Shown here: piece after piece, positions 55,393 to 63,945 of the stretch
How the letters are laid out: each line of letters opens with the position of its first letter
Position numbering within the stretch: the first letter of the stretch is position 1
DNA from: an uncultured Clostridia bacterium
Lineage (GTDB): Bacteria; Bacillota; Clostridia; TANB77; CAG-508
Length of the DNA stretch: 64,000 nucleotides
NCBI GenBank assembly: GCA_944386735.1
Contig: CALXCH010000002.1
Location: forward strand, 90 to 64,089
Direction of reading: 5' to 3'
Made by a program: the position numbers and the translations under genes
Notes under the pieces: model-generated
What the model saw: the letters and a program-made list of their open reading frames with translations, nothing else
Told to the model about the DNA's origin: nothing
Database searches by the model: none

Positions 55393-55422
55393 TTTCTCAC
55401 CTAAAAATTTAATTAATTTACT

Positions 55423-56808
55423 TTAGCAACCCATACCTTCTATATTTGTTGCAACTAACTCTCCCTTTTCTAATTCATTTTTATCAAGAGTTATATAAAT
55501 TGTAAATTTTTCTAATTGCTTTAGTTGTTCCTCTGTATTTCCTGTTACTCCTAATATTTGTGTATTGTTATTTACCGTAACTTCTAAATCCAAACTTTCT
55601 GCTTCATTATAATCATTAGTATAATACCAGTCTGTTGTCTTACCTTTTAATATATAATTATTTCCGTTTTTTACTATGTCTTCTAAGTCAAAATTTATAT
55701 CTTCACTACTTAATAATTCTTTTTTTAATTCATCTCCATGTATATTTCTTATAACATAGACTTTTGAATTTTCTGTAAATGCAATTTCTCCTTGTCTTTT
55801 ATATACATTATCAAAATCTAACTTATCATTTACTTTAATATTGCTTATATCAAAACTTTCTTCTGTTCTTTTATTAATTACTTGTAAATTATCCGTTAGA
55901 ATAACTTTTAATGTTTCTCCTTTATCTGCTTTTAATGTATAAATATTTCCATCTATATTTGTTACAAGTGTTCCCCATACTGATTTTACTGTGTTTTCTT
56001 CTCTTTCTATTCTTTCTTGTTCTTCTTTATTAAAATTATCTTTCTTTTCTTGTTTTTTACTTTCTATATAATTTTCAAAATCTTCTTTACTTCCATTAAA
56101 CACATTTAAATCTATAAACTTTTCTTCTCCATTATAGCCATCTAACCTGCCTCGTCCCGTATATTGCCAAAATTTCCAATCTCTATTTTCTATATTAGGT
56201 TTTGTTATTATATCTCTAATCCATATATCATAATCTTGGAATTCACCATCTATATAATAATCATAAAATTCCATAGTAGTATATATTATTGGCTTTACTC
56301 TATATGTATCTTCTAATTCTTCTAGCATTACTTGTAACTGTTCTGTTACCCAGGTCTTACTTGGCTTTGCTTTTTTATAAAAACTATAAAATTCCACATC
56401 TATTATTGGAAGCATTATGCTATCATCATTTTCTATATTTCCAACAGCTTCTATATAATTTTTAGCTTGTTCCTCTCCTGTACTTTCAAAACTAAAGAAA
56501 TGATAACATCCAAGTAACATATCCATAGTCTTTAGTTTTTCATAATTTTTATCAAAGTAGCTATCTTTACTGTTACTACCTTCTGTAGCTTTTATAAACG
56601 CAAAACTAATTCCTTGTTCTTTTATTTTATCCCAATCTACTTCTCCTTGATATTCTGATACATCTACTCCTCTTACTTCATATTTTTCCGCTTCTAACTT
56701 TGTTGGAATAATGTATCCATTTAATAACAAAAGAGTAATTAGTACTAATATTAGAACAATTATTAATACTGTTAGTATAATATTTTTACTTTTCTTACTT
56801 AACTCCAT
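55423..56808 (-). CDS. membrane-anchored GH25 muramidase (lysozyme) with an extra C-terminal domain
   Basis: N-terminal TM and GH25 motifs (GVDVSEYQGEVDW, FAFIKATEG). The ATG at 56808 follows AGGTGA. The track ORF starts at GTG 56817. Confidence 0.8.
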   Translation of the reverse strand: MELSKKSKNIILTVLIIVLILVLITLLLLNGYIIPTKLEAEKYEVRGVDVSEYQGEVDWDKIKEQGISFAFIKATEGSNSKDSYFDKNYEKLKTMDMLLGCYHFFSFESTGEEQAKNYIEAVGNIENDDSIMLPIIDVEFYSFYKKAKPSKTWVTEQLQVMLEELEDTYRVKPIIYTTMEFYDYYIDGEFQDYDIWIRDIITKPNIENRDWKFWQYTGRGRLDGYNGEEKFIDLNVFNGSKEDFENYIESKKQEKKDNFNKEEQERIEREENTVKSVWGTLVTNIDGNIYTLKADKGETLKVILTDNLQVINKRTEESFDISNIKVNDKLDFDNVYKRQGEIAFTENSKVYVIRNIHGDELKKELLSSEDINFDLEDIVKNGNNYILKGKTTDWYYTNDYNEAESLDLEVTVNNNTQILGVTGNTEEQLKQLEKFTIYITLDKNELEKGELVATNIEGMGC

Positions 56809-56817
56809 AAACTTCAC

Positions 56818-57198
56818 CTAACTTATCAATAACAAGAAAAATGCACCTAAAGAAATTCCCAATGTTTCTAAAATAAATATAATAGTAAAACATAAATTTA
56901 ATTTTTTACTTTTATATAAATTCACAAATAATAATACAAAAAATGGTATAAACACAAAACCATGCATTGCTCCGCCTGTAAGATGTCCAAAACCTACATC
57001 AAATATTGCATGCTTTCTTGCATAAATTTCTCCAGCTAAATTTCCTAAAAATCCCCCTACAAATATTCCAATAATCATAAGCACAAAATAAGCTATTATC
57101 CAAAAAGCTTTATTTCCACCTGCTTTTGATTTTTCTACAACTTGTACTTCTATTACTATTGTGAATGCAAATATTATTACATATAAAATTCCAAACAT
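56818..57198 (-). CDS. small polytopic membrane protein (126 aa)
   Basis: Four hydrophobic helices. SD AGGGAG. No family recognised. Confidence 0.55.
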   Translation of the reverse strand: MFGILYVIIFAFTIVIEVQVVEKSKAGGNKAFWIIAYFVLMIIGIFVGGFLGNLAGEIYARKHAIFDVGFGHLTGGAMHGFVFIPFFVLLFVNLYKSKKLNLCFTIIFILETLGISLGAFFLLLIS

Positions 57199-57217
57199 GA
57201 TATTCTCCCTTTATAAA

Positions 57218-57592
57218 CTAATAAATTAATAAAATTCCTGCACTATTTAAAAATAATATTAATAAAACATACACTATAAATCTTTTTCTACTAATCTCTT
57301 TCTTATTATATTTGTCTATTAATTCTGTATATACTAACATAAGTATTGCTTCCATAAACACAATTATTATAGGTACAAGTATTATTAAAACAAGTTCTCC
57401 TTGTCCTTGTTCTAAACTTCTATTATTAGAAAATCCCCAATAAACCAAACCTATTTGCATAGCAAATATTAGTACAAACAATGTTATTGTTATTAATATT
57501 CTAGTTGTTTTCCTTTTAAATGAACTTAAATTTCCATATGCTACATATATTACTAGTACTAATATAATTAAAAAGAATATTATACCTATCAT
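57218..57592 (-). CDS. small polytopic membrane protein (124 aa)
   Basis: Four hydrophobic helices. SD AGGTGA. No family recognised. Confidence 0.55.
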   Translation of the reverse strand: MIGIIFFLIILVLVIYVAYGNLSSFKRKTTRILITITLFVLIFAMQIGLVYWGFSNNRSLEQGQGELVLIILVPIIIVFMEAILMLVYTELIDKYNKKEISRKRFIVYVLLILFLNSAGILLIY

Positions 57593-57624
57593 CTACTTCA
57601 CCTAACTATTTTTATAAACTATTC

Positions 57625-59811
57625 TTAGTCGCTTGATTTTCCTGCACCTATCACATTTCCATTTGTTGCATCTACATAGATATATAATGATGTTAATGCA
57701 TCATTTTTATCTCCTAATCTTACACACCATACTGGTTGTCCTTTAAATAAATTATTTATATTTGAATCTTTTGCCCATTCATCTTCCCAATAATAAATTC
57801 TATGTATATCATCTAAAGAATAAAGTAGTTCTGCTGCTATTTCATAATTACCATTTTCATCACTAAAAATTTCCTTTGCTGAAAAATCAGATGTCCAAGG
57901 TTGATACTGGTATTTTTCTTTTTTAGCTTCTTCATCTGCAATGGCTGCTGCTTGTTCTTTTGTAATTCTAGCTGTCTTATCTACATTGGAATTACTCGCT
58001 GAACTAGAATTACTAATAGCACTATTATTTAAATTACTTGTGTTTACAACATTACCAGTAACATTGTTATTTACACTACCATAAGAAACATTTCCTGTTA
58101 TATTATCCATATTTCTATAAATACAATTTGTATTAATTGCTTTACTTGCTGCAAATACATTTGCTAAATAACTATCTTGTCTTTTATCTCCTGTAAAATA
58201 ATATGTAAGTCCGCCTATTCTTGTTTCTATATTTTCAACATTATATTTAGAAATCATTAATATAATATCTGCTTTCTCAAAAATATCACTTGGAATTTCT
58301 TCTTCTAGCTCTATATTATATCTTTTTAACATTTCATTTAATTTTTCTTCATTTTGTATTTTAATTCCATACACTCCATCTTCATATTGTCTAAAATCTG
58401 AGTTATTATTTTCAAATACTTCTCTTGGTATTTCATTTGTTACCTTATATTCTTTACTATCTCCCATATGATAGCAATTAACACCATCATTGTTTTTCTT
58501 TTCTTGCATCATTTTACTTAAAGTCTCTTTATCACTTAAATTTTGTTTTACAACTTGACCACCGTTATCATTTCTAAAAATAACATTATTAGCTTTTTCT
58601 TCATATGCAATAACATAGTTTTTACTTATAGTATCATAATCAAGCTCTATATAATTTTCATTTTGTTCAATATTACTGATTTCTTCTACTGAAACAAAAG
58701 GACCTTCTCCTTTGCTATCAAAACCTTTTATTAATTCATTTAAAATATCTGTATAATCTTTACTTTCTTTAGTAAACACATAATAATTGTCTTGTCCTTT
58801 TTCCTTATATACAATTCTATCTGGTATTTCAAAATATCTTACTGAATTTGTAGGCACTTCTTCTTGTGGTTTTATTCTCGTAAATATAAATGTTCCAACA
58901 CATAATACAATTAAAAGTGTTGTTATCCCAATTAATGCTTTATATTCTTTAAATTTATCAGATAATTTAATCATTTTTATTCTTCTCTCCATATTCTTTT
59001 TTCCATCTGTTACACAAAGTAACTTAACAGGCTCTTTTTCTTCTTGTGAAATTGGAAGTAATCTTACTAAAGTTTTTGCATAATTTTTTTCTTCATTTTT
59101 TTGTATTTTATTTAAAACCATTTCATCTGCTTTTAATTCCATATCTTGTCTTACTTGCTTAAAGCAATACCATAAAATAGGATTAAACCAATGAACAGCT
59201 GTAATGACTATTAACAATTTATTTAATACCAAATCATGTCTTTTGTAATGTGCTAGTTCATGTAAAAATATATATCTTAAACTTTCTTCATCTTTTTCTA
59301 GCACTTCGTCTGTTACTAATATCTTTGTGGAAAATAGACCATATATACAAGGAACTTTTTTATAATATTGTTTTATTAGTTTTATTTTCTTTTCTACACC
59401 CATTTGTTTCTTACAATTTTCTAATATATCTAATATCTTTTTATCTTTTACTTCTTCTTTTCCTATTTTCTTTTTCATTACAATGCTTGTAATAATATAA
59501 TAAAGAAAAATAATGCACATTACAGCAAGCCAAATATAGATAAAAATCTTACCACTTTCATTTGCAATCAAGTTGTTTTTTTCAAGTTCTAATTTATCTA
59601 TTCCAGAACTTACAAAAAACTCATGTGAATTTCTAGACTCAATTGTAAATCTAAATGGCACAAGTAAGCTTACTAAAACAAGTAACCACATAGCAAATTT
59701 CCATGTTGGTGATATTTTCTTATCAAATGTTTTTCTTAATATTAATACAATTATTCCTAATATACTTCCTATTATTGATAAATATAAAATATTATAAAAT
59801 ACTTGATACAT
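57625..59811 (-). CDS. BlaR1/MecR1-type M56 peptidase signal transducer with a non-PBP C-terminal ectodomain
   Basis: M56 zinc motif HELAHYKRHD and TM helices. The C-terminal ~400 aa show no SxxK..KTG triad by eye and end in a PepSY-like segment. Confidence 0.75.
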   Translation of the reverse strand: MYQVFYNILYLSIIGSILGIIVLILRKTFDKKISPTWKFAMWLLVLVSLLVPFRFTIESRNSHEFFVSSGIDKLELEKNNLIANESGKIFIYIWLAVMCIIFLYYIITSIVMKKKIGKEEVKDKKILDILENCKKQMGVEKKIKLIKQYYKKVPCIYGLFSTKILVTDEVLEKDEESLRYIFLHELAHYKRHDLVLNKLLIVITAVHWFNPILWYCFKQVRQDMELKADEMVLNKIQKNEEKNYAKTLVRLLPISQEEKEPVKLLCVTDGKKNMERRIKMIKLSDKFKEYKALIGITTLLIVLCVGTFIFTRIKPQEEVPTNSVRYFEIPDRIVYKEKGQDNYYVFTKESKDYTDILNELIKGFDSKGEGPFVSVEEISNIEQNENYIELDYDTISKNYVIAYEEKANNVIFRNDNGGQVVKQNLSDKETLSKMMQEKKNNDGVNCYHMGDSKEYKVTNEIPREVFENNNSDFRQYEDGVYGIKIQNEEKLNEMLKRYNIELEEEIPSDIFEKADIILMISKYNVENIETRIGGLTYYFTGDKRQDSYLANVFAASKAINTNCIYRNMDNITGNVSYGSVNNNVTGNVVNTSNLNNSAISNSSSASNSNVDKTARITKEQAAAIADEEAKKEKYQYQPWTSDFSAKEIFSDENGNYEIAAELLYSLDDIHRIYYWEDEWAKDSNINNLFKGQPVWCVRLGDKNDALTSLYIYVDATNGNVIGAGKSSD

Positions 59812-59814
59812 AGG

Positions 59815-60192
59815 CTAGTCCTCACTTTCTATTAAATCAAGTAAGTCCTGCAAGTTTTTTTTAGATATTTTCTTTTCTTCTACAAAATTTAATAATAATT
59901 TATTAGTACTTCCATTGTATAGTTTCTTTAAAAAAGATTCATTCGCTTTTTTTAAATATTCATCCTCACTTACAATTGCTCTATATGTATGTTCTTTTTT
60001 CTTATTTGTAATTGATTTAACACTTTCTTTTTCTATTAATCTGTATAATAATGTTTTTATTGTGCTTTTATTTTTCTTTCCATTCTTACTTAAAATCTCT
60101 ACTATTTCATTTAATGTAAGTTCTCTATTTTCCCAAAGTACTTTCATTATTTCTAATTCTGCATCTGTTATTTCATATTTTTTAGTTATCAT
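59815..60192 (-). CDS. BlaI/MecI/CopY-family transcriptional repressor
   Basis: 125 aa winged helix (TDAELEIMKVLW..., TIKTLLYRL). Immediately upstream of the M56 gene. Confidence 0.88.
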   Translation of the reverse strand: MITKKYEITDAELEIMKVLWENRELTLNEIVEILSKNGKKNKSTIKTLLYRLIEKESVKSITNKKKEHTYRAIVSEDEYLKKANESFLKKLYNGSTNKLLLNFVEEKKISKKNLQDLLDLIESED

Positions 60193-60210
60193 TTTTTACC
60201 TCCTTAGAAG

Positions 60211-60250
60211 TTACAAGTGTAAACTTTGCATATAGTTTACATCTGTAAAC
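60211..60250. promoter_or_regulatory. two TACAnnTGTA-type operator boxes upstream of the BlaI-family gene
   Basis: TTACAAGTGTAA (60211-60222) and GTTTACATCTGTAAAC (60235-60250), matching the BlaI/CopY-family TACAnnTGTA consensus. Confidence 0.65.
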
Positions 60251-60270
60251 CATATTTGTCAAGTAAAATA

Positions 60271-60303
60271 TAAAAAACCTGGAAGACTTTTACATCTTCC
60301 AGG
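60271..60303 (-). terminator. intrinsic terminator after the 44-aa ORF
   Basis: CCTGGAAGA / TCTTCCAGG stem followed by TTTTTT on the minus strand. Confidence 0.75.
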
Positions 60304-60361
60304 CCTGATAAGAATTTTTCTTATCAATTTTCTCTTACTCCTTACTCATAGATGGTTTTTG

Positions 60362-60496
60362 TTATTCTTTTTCCTTACTAAAAGTTTTCTTTTTAGTATT
60401 ATTGATATTCATCTTGCGCATTGCAATTGCATCATAAATTATTGCAAAAATAAAGATAATCCAACAAATAATAAGAATAACCACTAGCCAAATCAT
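60362..60496 (-). CDS. small membrane protein (44 aa), not in the ORF track
   Basis: My translation: MIWLVVILIICWIIFIFAIIYDAIAMRKMNINNTKKKTFSKEKE*. SD GAGAAAGG, a TATAAT upstream and a terminator downstream. Confidence 0.45.
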   Translation of the reverse strand: MIWLVVILIICWIIFIFAIIYDAIAMRKMNINNTKKKTFSKEKE

Positions 60497-60710
60497 AATG
60501 TTAACCTTTCTCTCTTTTTAACATTTATTATATAAAACTAAGTTGTAAGAGGCTTTTCCCTCTACTATTTAGTAGAAAAAAGGAATTATGTACAATTAGT
60601 ACTCTTATAGTTTATCACTCATTTAAATAATTTTCAACACAAAACAAAAACTTTTAACATAACAAACTTCTTATGTTCCACTTTTCTCCCCTTGTATTTT
60701 CCTTAAAAGG

Positions 60711-60800
60711 TATGTCCCAAATGCGACAAAATGTGTTCATGGGGACGTTTCCTTTGAACACAAAATGTCGCAAAAGGAAACGTCCCCATTGCGACATTTT
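60711..60800 (-). repeat. H3 modular repeat, copy C (full length, inverted core), abutting the stop of the DUF2974 gene
   Basis: TATGTCCC-AAAT-GCGACA-AAAT-GTGTTCA-T-GGGGACGTTTCC-TT-TGAACAC-AAAA-TGTCGC-AAAA-GGAAACGTCCCC-ATT-GCGACA-TT-TTA(stop). Confidence 0.9.
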
Positions 60801-61866
60801 ACTTTCTAGTTATATTATCTCTTCCAACCTTAAGTAATGTCTTAAGTGTTTTTGTCATCATGCTTTTAGTTTCTTGACTTAAATTATTGTAAGTTTTAAT
60901 CATTGTTGCTGCATTTTTAAACCATTTGCTACTTAGTTCATTTACCGTCTTTGCTTCTGTAGCATTTAAAATGTCAAAAAAAGCATTAATAAATTCTTCC
61001 CTTTGTTCTGGTGATACTTCTTTTAGCCAATTAGTAATTGTATTATCTATAAAATCACTTGAATTTGTTTGTTTAGCTCTTACAAATTTATCTCCCAAAA
61101 CTTGCCATGAATATAAGTCATGTTGCATTATTCCTGTTTCAGTACTTTTTACAATAGTTGTTTTTTCCTTATGTCTTAATAACCTTCCTATAATTGAAGT
61201 TTGTGGAATATAAGTATGTACTTTATCTAATATTTCATTATATTCTTTACTTTCTATTACTTTATCTGAAAAACCAGGTCCATCATTATTATATACTTCT
61301 ATAATCTGTTTTTTTGTTTCTTCGTTTGAAAAAGCTGATGCATATACTGCTAAATTTCCTCCTTTTGAATGCCCTCCTACACGCAACTTATTTTTATATT
61401 TTTTAGCCACATCATTTAGGTATTTTACACTATCTATCTGAGATGGAACAAGCTCACTAAAGCTCATATTAAAATCTTCTTTCCATCCTATTATTGTATT
61501 ATCTGTTCCTCTATATGATACATAAATTGTATCATCTGGCAAAATTATTGTTATTGCTGCAAATTGTTTTTCTGCTTCTGGCTCTATTTTATTTACAAAT
61601 TTAGTTAGTTTGCAATTTCCGAACCTAATACTTTTTGCAAGTACAGGGTATAAGTCTATATCTTCTGCTTGAAGAGTTCTTCCTGTTGTACCAAGCTCCT
61701 TTGTTCTTGTATATGCTTCTTTTATTGTTATTTCTTCATTTTCATTCATAATACCATCAAATGGGAAATATGAAAGTCTAGATAAAATTAGATTATCTAT
61801 TTCATTAAAATCTACCTTTTTTAAACTTATATCTCTCCAATTCATATAATCAAATATATTTGCCAT
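60799..61866 (-). CDS. Mbeg1-like / DUF2974 alpha-beta hydrolase (lipase-like)
   Basis: YRGTDNTIIGWKEDF and the nucleophile elbow GGHSKGGNLA. Confidence 0.75.
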   Translation of the reverse strand: MANIFDYMNWRDISLKKVDFNEIDNLILSRLSYFPFDGIMNENEEITIKEAYTRTKELGTTGRTLQAEDIDLYPVLAKSIRFGNCKLTKFVNKIEPEAEKQFAAITIILPDDTIYVSYRGTDNTIIGWKEDFNMSFSELVPSQIDSVKYLNDVAKKYKNKLRVGGHSKGGNLAVYASAFSNEETKKQIIEVYNNDGPGFSDKVIESKEYNEILDKVHTYIPQTSIIGRLLRHKEKTTIVKSTETGIMQHDLYSWQVLGDKFVRAKQTNSSDFIDNTITNWLKEVSPEQREEFINAFFDILNATEAKTVNELSSKWFKNAATMIKTYNNLSQETKSMMTKTLKTLLKVGRDNITRK

Positions 61867-61940
61867 TATATTCCTACTTTCTAATATAATAATTATTATT
61901 GTTTTTATACTTTTTATTCTTTATTTTTCTTTCTTCCTTT

Positions 61941-61975
61941 AAGTTGTTTTTTGACCCCGTCCCAAAAAACAACTT
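61941..61975. repeat. H2 hairpin repeat, copy 3, 1 nt after the stop of the hydrolase gene
   Basis: AAGTTGTTTTTT-GACCCCGTCCC-AAAAAACAACTT. Confidence 0.85.
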
Positions 61976-61976
61976 T

Positions 61977-62858
61977 TTATATTTTTTTTATAAAATTAAC
62001 TATATCTTTTGCTACAATTTCTTCTTTTTCATGATATCCATGATTTGCACCATCTACATAATCAATATCTTTTTTAGGATTTGTAATTACATTACTTACT
62101 ATTGTTACTAATTCCTCTGCTTTTTGTAATATCATTTCATTATCATTTCCCCATCTCATAAATAGAGGAACTTTTATATTATTTAATTTTTCTAAGTCGT
62201 TATCTCGTCCATATTTTGCAAAATCTATGTCTTGATTATCCCTTGCATAGCGTAAAAATGTCTTTACACTAATTGGATGAATAAATGCTCCTCTTGGCAT
62301 AAGGTCTTTAGGATTACTTTCTTCTTTTTCTTCTGCTAATTTTAAATATTCTTCATAGTTTTCCCCTAAATAAATTTTTAATGCCATTGGGATATCTATT
62401 AATGATAATAATATTACTCCTTTTATAGACTCTAATATATCTTTTTCCTCTTCTTCTAACAATTCATTATAAGTATATACAATTTTTGTACAACCTAGGC
62501 TATGACCTTGTAAGTATATATCTGTATATCCTAATTCTTTTAATTTTAATATCGCTCCTACTATATCTTCATAAGCTTCTAGTACATCTTCATAAGCAGT
62601 TCCACCAAGTTGCTTTTCCGCATTTCCATTAATATTTTTTCTTATATATTTTACAATTTCACTTCCTCTATTATTAAAACAAAAATAATCAATTCCATTT
62701 TCATTTGCTGATTTTGCAATTATATCGTCTCTTTTCTTAAAACAATTACTTGTCATTCCATGTATTGATAATATTATTTTATTTGTTTTTTCTTCTCCTT
62801 TATATAAAATACCATTTAATTCTATACCATCTGTTGCTAGAAAATCTATTTTCTCCAT
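61977..62858 (-). CDS. alpha/beta hydrolase
   Basis: Nucleophile elbow LQGHSLGC, and a C-terminal His in GANHGY. The ATG at 62858 follows AAGGAG. Confidence 0.75.
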   Translation of the reverse strand: MEKIDFLATDGIELNGILYKGEEKTNKIILSIHGMTSNCFKKRDDIIAKSANENGIDYFCFNNRGSEIVKYIRKNINGNAEKQLGGTAYEDVLEAYEDIVGAILKLKELGYTDIYLQGHSLGCTKIVYTYNELLEEEEKDILESIKGVILLSLIDIPMALKIYLGENYEEYLKLAEEKEESNPKDLMPRGAFIHPISVKTFLRYARDNQDIDFAKYGRDNDLEKLNNIKVPLFMRWGNDNEMILQKAEELVTIVSNVITNPKKDIDYVDGANHGYHEKEEIVAKDIVNFIKKI

Positions 62859-62884
62859 TAAAATCACGCTCCTTACTTGCCTTG

Positions 62885-62913
62885 ATTATATACTAAGTAT
62901 TTCATTTTATCAA
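62885..62913 (-). promoter_or_regulatory. sigma-A type promoter of the hydrolase gene
   Basis: TTGATA, 17 nt, TATAAT on the minus strand. Confidence 0.55.
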
Positions 62914-62920
62914 GGAAAAT

Positions 62921-62954
62921 AACAAGAAAAAGGGAATGCCTACAAGGCACTCCC
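62921..62954 (-). terminator. intrinsic terminator of the 171-aa orphan gene
   Basis: GGGAGTGCC / GGCATTCCC stem with one G-U pair on the minus strand, overlapping the stop codon and followed by TTTTTCTTG. Confidence 0.75.
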
Positions 62955-63455
62955 CTTAAGGTGCTTAATGAAACTGAAAAGCCATCTGTATTTTGTAACA
63001 TCTTCAACAAGATTCTTGCTAAGTGAGGTCGAATCACAATAGCACTGCCAATACATCTTTTCTATAAATTGGGCATATATTTCTTCAATCTCCTTTTCTG
63101 TCTCAAAAATCCGGCTAAACGACTCTAGCTTAGCCGCCGCATTCTGCACTCCACCGTATACAAAGAATGCCTTTGAATACATACTATAGGAACTAACCCA
63201 TCCATCTTCAACAAAATTTCTAAAGATATATATCTCTGGGGCATATCCTCCAGGAGCACTCGTCTTTACGAAAAGCATTTGAGCAGAAGACTCATCGTAC
63301 AAGCCTTTTATAGCGCTTACAGTTATCTTGTCTTTCTGTTTTTCCTCCAGATATCCTTTCATCTCCTCTCCATTTTCTTGAGTAAAATATCCTTGGAAAT
63401 CCACTTTAACACCATAGTTATAAGTGAGTTTACCAGAAAAGTGAAACACCTTCAT
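62940..63455 (-). CDS. hypothetical protein (171 aa), GC-elevated orphan cassette 3
   Basis: SD AAGGAGAT, own promoter and terminator, and G+C visibly near 40%. No family recognised. Confidence 0.6.
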   Translation of the reverse strand: MKVFHFSGKLTYNYGVKVDFQGYFTQENGEEMKGYLEEKQKDKITVSAIKGLYDESSAQMLFVKTSAPGGYAPEIYIFRNFVEDGWVSSYSMYSKAFFVYGGVQNAAAKLESFSRIFETEKEIEEIYAQFIEKMYWQCYCDSTSLSKNLVEDVTKYRWLFSFIKHLKGSAL

Positions 63456-63506
63456 TTTATCTCCTTACAATTGTTATCCGAGACTTACAAAAAAGTATCT
63501 ACTAAT

Positions 63507-63535
63507 ATAATATCACATTTTTATGTAAATTTCCA
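63507..63535 (-). promoter_or_regulatory. promoter P3 of cassette 3
   Basis: TGGAAA, 17 nt, TATTAT with a TGTGA extension. It shares AAAAATGTGATAT.AT and TAGTAGATA with P2. Confidence 0.5.
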
Positions 63536-63542
63536 GTTTTAG

Positions 63543-63573
63543 TATAAAAGAGTAGCAAAATTAGCTACTCTTT
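63543..63573 (-). terminator. intrinsic terminator after rnpB
   Basis: AAGAGTAGC / GCTACTCTT stem followed by TTTATAC on the minus strand. Confidence 0.7.
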
Positions 63574-63599
63574 CGAAAAAAAATTATTAAAAAGGAAAT

Positions 63600-63945
63600 A
63601 AGTAAATCTATAAGCCGGGTTCTGTCTTTTAAAATAGTCATTTATCTAGGATAGATATCACTATCTACCTCAAGCCACGCAGATAAGAAGGCGCCGAGCA
63701 GGCTTAATCTTCTCATTTAGGTGTTGCTCCAGATGGGGTTTACACTGACCCATTATGTCACCATAATGGCGGTGAGCTCTTACCTCACCTTTTCACCCTT
63801 ACCTAATTTATAGGCGGTTATTTTCTGTTGCACTTTCCTTAAGGTCACCCTCACTAGACGTTATCTAGCATCTTTGCTCTATGGAGCCCGGACTTTCCTC
63901 TCGTAATTCCTTTCGGAATTTACCAGCGACTATTTAACTTACTTA
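63600..63945 (-). ncRNA. rnpB: RNase P RNA (M1-type ribozyme)
   Basis: The minus strand contains the universally conserved GAGGAAAGTCCGGGCTCCATAGAGCA and ACAGAACCCGGCTTA blocks. The termini AAGTAAGT / ATTTACTT can form P1. A TATAAT lies just upstream. Ends are approximate (+/- 5 nt). Confidence 0.93.
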
